64,000 bases of DNA from Macrostomum lignano. Taxonomy: Eukaryota. The position numbers and the translations under genes were made by a program. A model generated the notes under the pieces. The model was not told the DNA's origin. It was given only the letters and a program-made list of their open reading frames with translations, and searched no databases. Where the stretch lies: the NCBI GenBank assembly GCA_002269645.1, contig NIVC01002676.1:86228-150227 (forward strand). Direction: 5' to 3'. Numbering within the stretch: the stretch's first letter is position 1; every line of letters starts with the position of its first letter. This document shows positions 58,271 through 64,000 of this stretch, one piece after another.

Positions 58271-61200
58271 ATGTTCGACAGGGTGCTTCTTTTTGTTTGA
58301 CACGGTGATTCTTTTTTTCGTTCTTTCTTTCGCTCAGTTTTCTTCTTTTTAAAAATAGCTTTTAGTAAAAAATTGCAATGGTTCACCAGCAGTTTAGCTA
58401 TGTGTGGCGCCGCGCCTTGCTCAGCTCATTAACTTTCACTGACTTACTTTGTGTACGCAATATTTACTCATTGCCAATGTTACGTAGCGTGCACGCGGCA
58501 CGTTGTACCTAGGCTACAGTTAGAAATGTTTGACTGCGCTATATTATAGGCGGCACGTGCCGTCTTGGTTTCTTACGTGGTTTCTTAATAATATAAAGGC
58601 CAGTTTGGCTATCACCTCAAGTCGCGTTTTTTTTGTGCTCAACTAAGCGCTCTCTTATAATGGACGACCTTATTGCTACGGCACGACACAATGGTTCACC
58701 AGCACTGTTTCACACAATCCCTGAGCAGATGGCCACAAATCTCAATGCTTTACATTAAACACGCCGGAAGGAGCCAAACGAGACAAATCAGTTGCGAAAA
58801 GCAGGCAGCGGCCGAGAAAGCGGATCCCAGTGGATCAAGCGAAGCGTTTATTTATTAGATTAAACGAGTTAATATTCATTGGTTCGTAAAAAAGAGAATA
58901 AAAAAAATTGAGAAATGGCGGACGGAGACAAGCCGGGCCGGGTGCAGAGGCTTTAAGCTGGCCCGCGCGGCCAACACCCCACACCTCAACCCCCGCCAAA
59001 GTACAGCGATATGTACAGCGGCACCCCCGGCGCGTCTAACACACCTTACTCAGAGAGTAACGATTGCATTAGATCGAAATCATTTGAAATCTTTGCAACT
59101 CGCAATTTAAATTTGATTTGCAATCCTCTTATACATATTTATTACTTTTCTCATAAGTCAGATTAGCACCGCTCCCCCAAATTAGCGCTGCTCAACCAGA
59201 TTAGCACCACCAGATGTACATAATGTTGTACATCCTTCAATAATTTCAATTTTACTTTTAAAATGCACTTGCTGATTTATCTCACTAGAGTGCACGCGCA
59301 ATGCTTGGCACACTGCAGCCTTCACCTAAAAAAGAATATTTAAAAAGCTCGTAATGCAATCGTTATCGGAATACGAATTCAGTCAGTCAACAATTCAACC
59401 TTGTTTGGCCTCCTATTGAAAGCATTGGAAAACTCAGTTTTCAAATATTTAATACATGTAGCATTGAAACAGATTAAAGAAATTTAAACTGTCTTCCTTC
59501 CAGATAATTACAGATCTTTTGGCGAAAACGCGATCAAAATTGGTCAATCGGTTCAATGTCTAGAGCCTTAAAGACAAACAAACAGATCTTGGGCATTTAG
59601 TATATGTGGTAGTATAGTATATATGTAGTAATTATTAATCAAATATTTGCTATCTGACTGTGTTACAAACACCTGCAGCCAACACCTAGCTCGTAATGGC
59701 TCAAATGAGATTTCCTTTTTACATTTTTGACGGCAAAATAGTTAGCAGAATTAGTTGGCTACTTGCTTCAGGATCAACAGAAAGAAGCACCTTAGTTATA
59801 TGGTTGTTATACTCGTAAACATTGTGTTTACTGGTTATTTCTTCCTATCATTAAATACTTTTATACCTTCACAGTATTCAGTAATTATGGCGAAGAAAAG
59901 TTCACAGCAAGACCCTGGTGATATCTTAAAAATAAATCTTCTCCAAGCAGCTACCCGAAGCAGCTGGCCTTCTACTTGGCTGGTCATGAATTTTCAGTTG
60001 AAGTGATTCTTATCGAATCTCTAATTTTCATGAATTCTGGAAAAAGCTTTTCCAACTGAATTAGGAAGTTTATCTTTAAAAGAAAACATAAATAGAGAGA
60101 AGGTCACAGATGACCGTTCATAATCACAGAACTTACACAGTTGGCTAATTTTAAGCTGAAAACTGCGTCAATCAAAAAATTGATAGGCGCATAGACTATT
60201 TTTCTGATGAAGGAATTCGAGTAACCGTAACGATCATCGTAGAGTTTTAAGCAGAAGCAAATTTTAGCACGTCAGCTTAGTCTCAGATAGCTTGCGTATA
60301 TGCCATTGACAGCAGACTGTTTGAGCAACAGGCTGAGGTCTGAACCTTTACTCGTATTCTTGCTAGCCAAGTCGTTCTCAGAGACAAACAATGAGTGTCA
60401 AATTGTCTTGTGACAAAATTTTGCCGAAAGATCTTGCCGATCTGCCAGATGATTACAATAATTTCATAGAGAGGTATGCAAGAAGTTAATCATGATGCAA
60501 GCAAGCTCATGCTTAAAGGTTTCTGGTTCATGCTCCCTAATGACTGCCCAGTTTCTAAATGCTCTTCCTGTCTATCTATCACGTTCCCATTTTACACTTT
60601 GACATTTTAAATTTTACACCATTTGATATTGGTGCAAGCCATCGACAGTAAAGATGCAAGAGTGCGCTTTATTTCAATGTAGTGAGTTAGTTTTGTCTTT
60701 CTTAGCATACTTGATATGAGCCGATTTCTTTCCAGTTTTCTTTAACTATTAAACATGATGCTCTATCAGTTTCCTCGGCATTACTTTGAGCGTTTTCACC
60801 GAAAAAGTAGTGTGCACGCGCATGCGTTTCGGAGTCATACATGTAGACATAGACTGATTGAGCATTCTGTCTGTGTGGTCACATCTAGCCATAGATTGAC
60901 TTTCTTCCTTGAAACTCCATATGTAGGTTGAGTAGGTTGGGGAAGGTTGGAAAGGACATAACTAATAGTTATAGTGTGTACTCGTAATTGAACTTTTACA
61001 TGTTAATCATAGAACATAATACTTGCATTAAACATTTATTATTTCAGAGTTGCGTGCATAGCTAGAGTTTAATAACATTTAGGTCATCGGCTGAATTAGT
61101 GATATAAATATAGTAATAGTTACTGGTTAATTCTTTTTGTCTTTAGTAAAATACGAGCTGGCGGACAAGCAACGCTATTTTGTATCGCAATCATGTACAA

Positions 61201-61693
61201 CTGAAGTCCTTCTACATCAGTTGTCCACGGTTGCAAATATTCGTAGGACTTCCACATGAGTCGCGTGATGGCAATAATGATGAATTTTACAGAGAGTAGC
61301 CTTCGAAAAATGAAAGCAAAAACTTACTTAATAATTCGATTGTATGATATACTCGCAGATTTAAAAAGTACCGAACACAGAAGCGTCTGTAAGTATCTTT
61401 CAGAGTATAAAAGACACAACAAGCAGCACCTGTACTGTGGAACTTACGAGTACGCTTGTAATTGTGCTCGTTATTACAGTTTGTCTTCTAATTCGGGGTC
61501 TAGTTAACTTTTTATGAAAAAGTAGGAAATTTTTGGAGTACCTATTCTAAAACACCAGCTCCAATTACTAAGATATTTTAACATATTTGCACGGTCTCAG
61601 AAACACTCCTGGCATAAAGACTTAAATAGAAAAACAGTATTAAACGATGCATGCATTATTTTCTGTGCTGTCTGTCGATGTGTCATATCTCAA

Positions 61694-64000
61694 TCACGAC
61701 AGCTCTAGGTAAATGGACGCAATGGAAGCGTTCAGCATCTGCTTTGTGCCCATCTTCTCTTTCTCCTCAACTTGGTAAGCCCTTTCAGGCGTCCTGGTCA
61801 TGAGGTAAGCTGCCACCAGGCCAACAATCAAAGCCACACTGGCAGCGATGGCCACTCTGACAATCACACCGAAGTACGAGTAGAAGCGACTCCAGGCTCG
61901 GGTAATGGTGTATCTAGAAAGGCCAGGTCAACTCGAAGAAATTCAAGCCCATTAGATAAATCAAAGTCGGTGGAGTAAAAGCATAACTTGTCCGCCCGGC
62001 AGTCTCTTTGGCCGAGAGCGACGCTTGGACTGCCGTAAGCACTTTTGTTGTGTCGAAGGTTTGTCAAAGCCGTTTTTGGCTGATAGCGGAAATTGTAAAC
62101 GGCTGTAAGGTTTTTTCGTTTCTGCAGCTCATTCAAAACGCCTTCCTGAGATATTGGCAAAACTTTGTAAGTCAGAGTAAAAGTTTTAGCGTCAAATCTG
62201 ATGGCAGAAGCGTCTTTCACAAACAAGGACTTCACATTTTCAAGAAGAAGATCGTCCAACATGAAGTAAGCAGAAACCTCGACCCCGACGTCCCGGAGGT
62301 AGGCTGCGGTGCTTTCCGAAAGAGCAAATTCGAACTTGGCGCCATTCGAGACGCTGCATTTCTGAACGCTACAATTGTTGTTTGGGTTTATGAGAAAACT
62401 GTCCTTCGTCAGGCGATTTAGAAAAAAGACATCGGCACCCGTTTGATTACGATACTCTGACATGCCCACCTGTGAAACAGACTCAAACTGATTAAGAGAA
62501 GCATTGCATTCAAATCGATGACTGAAGTTGGTGCCCAGTGACGGATTAGCTGGGGGAACGCGAATCACGTCCATTGTCAAAGTTTTACTTGAAGTCGAAG
62601 TTGAGGTCGTAGTCACGCTCATCCAACTGTCTCCATTTGAAAACTTTTGACGAAATGCCTCATCTGTCAGACGGTCCCAGTTCACCTTGCCGTTACTGAC
62701 CATTGGCATGTAGAACGTTGGCTCCACTGTGACCGACTTCAATCCAGAGAACATCACTGTACAGCTGTAGAACAGAGATTCGCCCTCCATCGCGAACACC
62801 TTCTCAGGCAACAGACCCGAACTTTCAGAGCTTGGAATTCCACTGGCTGCAGAAGAGTAGGTCACAGCAAAGTGCGGCATCGAGACCACAGTGACGTTGA
62901 ACTCAAAAAAGTGTTCCGATCCAGCATCACATTTGTATATCCCGGAATGAGCACTTGAGACGGAAGGTGTAAACTCGATGATGTTGCCAGTTCTCGACAC
63001 CCGAATGCCATCTATGACTGTCCACTCCTCTAATTGGGACGCATAAAGTGGGTTGCCGTCTCTGAAAAATTGATACGTCTGGCTTTTATCGCTGCACAGA
63101 ATGGGACAGACGAGGGCGGTGTTGTCCATGCCGGCCATTATGGTCAAAGTTTTCTTAGCATTTGGTGCCACTTTGCAGGCTGTAGACCATATGGGACATC
63201 CGGAGTAATGGACTTTGTCAATTGAATAGCGCTGATCTGCTGCCTGAATTTTTAAGTAGGGTTCAGATTCTCCTGAGAACGAAATGATGGTGCAGATTCC
63301 AATGGTATACTGCGGCTTCTTTTCATAATAAAATGAGGTAATCTCCTGTTTTAAACCGCAAGCAGCAAAGTCTAAATAGCCGCTCTCTACATCCAGGTGC
63401 ATTATTTTTTGAAGCTTTTGATGTCGCAAGTCAAATTTGGAGTAGTAGCTTGTAAACAGCGTGGCCTTTCCCAGTTGATTGTGCAAGCAGGAGCCTGCAT
63501 CAAAGTACAGGCTTGAGCCTAGTGTTATTTTGCTCCTGACGAACTGCGGTGCATTTTTGACAAAGCTTGAAATTGATGGTTCGATGAAGGGTACAGCTGG
63601 AAACTGGTCGTCAAGTGGGCTGGAATAGTTCAACCTGGTCATCAGCTCAATCGCGGCAGGGGTAAGAAATTTTAAATCCAATGCTCCCATCTTTCCAACG
63701 CTAAATGCGCCAAGTGGGTCAAAGTTGTACAGAAAGAGCGGATTGGACTGGATTGCCCCGCCAGACCATTCGACCCGCACAACGAGTTTCACTCTCCTGC
63801 TAGCCACCTGGGTATAGTGCACCTCTGAGGCTTTCATCTTCAGTTGAAAATGGTTTTCGGAGTTGCCCGCCTGTACAGTGAATGAATGGTATTCGGGCAT
63901 CGATGTTCGGAGACAAGCTCGATTGGAGAGTGTCCATGTCAATCATTTGGGCCTGGGATTGCGGGCACTCGTAAATTAGAACTCTTTTTAGGCCACTTTC
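61694..64000 (-). CDS. Ig-domain receptor, copy C; 5' end beyond the window; near-identical to B in the ectodomain; three 1-nt deletions as assembled
   Basis: About 97-98% amino-acid identity to B over about 675 aa (by eye). Single-base losses near 63884, 63910 and 61870, all in short G/C runs. The TM and a shortened tail are still present in the shifted frame and end at the homologous stop (61694-61696). Confidence 0.8.

Noticed and set aside
59755-60006. 83-aa ORF with a hydrophobic stretch
   Set aside because: Lies in the duplicated 3' flank; the homologous region at 46170-46440 does not keep the frame.

Overview
Eukaryotic, repeat-rich metazoan DNA: GC-rich exons, AT-rich intergenic DNA and GT-AG introns filled with minisatellites. 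The style suggests a free-living flatworm such as Macrostomum, but this is inference only. Three conserved genes can be assembled by hand with phase-consistent splice sites: LRRC57 (+, 2 exons), cathepsin B (-, 3 exons) and an IA-2/PTPRN-type receptor pseudophosphatase (-, about 17.4 kb, at least 14 confident exons, part of the ectodomain unresolved). The window also holds many transposable elements. These are hAT-type MITEs with 8-bp TSDs, a dead mariner carrying two nested insertions, tRNA-derived SINEs, two solo LTRs of one family, an RTE-like LINE remnant, and a Gypsy pol fragment split by an RNase-H-bearing LINE. The most unusual feature is a head-to-tail cluster of three intronless, roughly 880-aa single-pass Ig-domain receptor genes (A 40.7-43.4 kb, B 47.0-49.7 kb, C 61.7 kb to window end) that I cannot assign to a known gene. 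The A and B tails resemble the L1/neuroglian juxtamembrane motif. B and C have near-identical ectodomains but diverged 3' flanks. C has an Arg in its transmembrane segment and a tail shortened by two in-frame deletions, a layout reminiscent of paired receptors. Frameshifts in A and C lie in or next to short mononucleotide runs and may be assembly errors. All identities are by-eye estimates; no searches were run.
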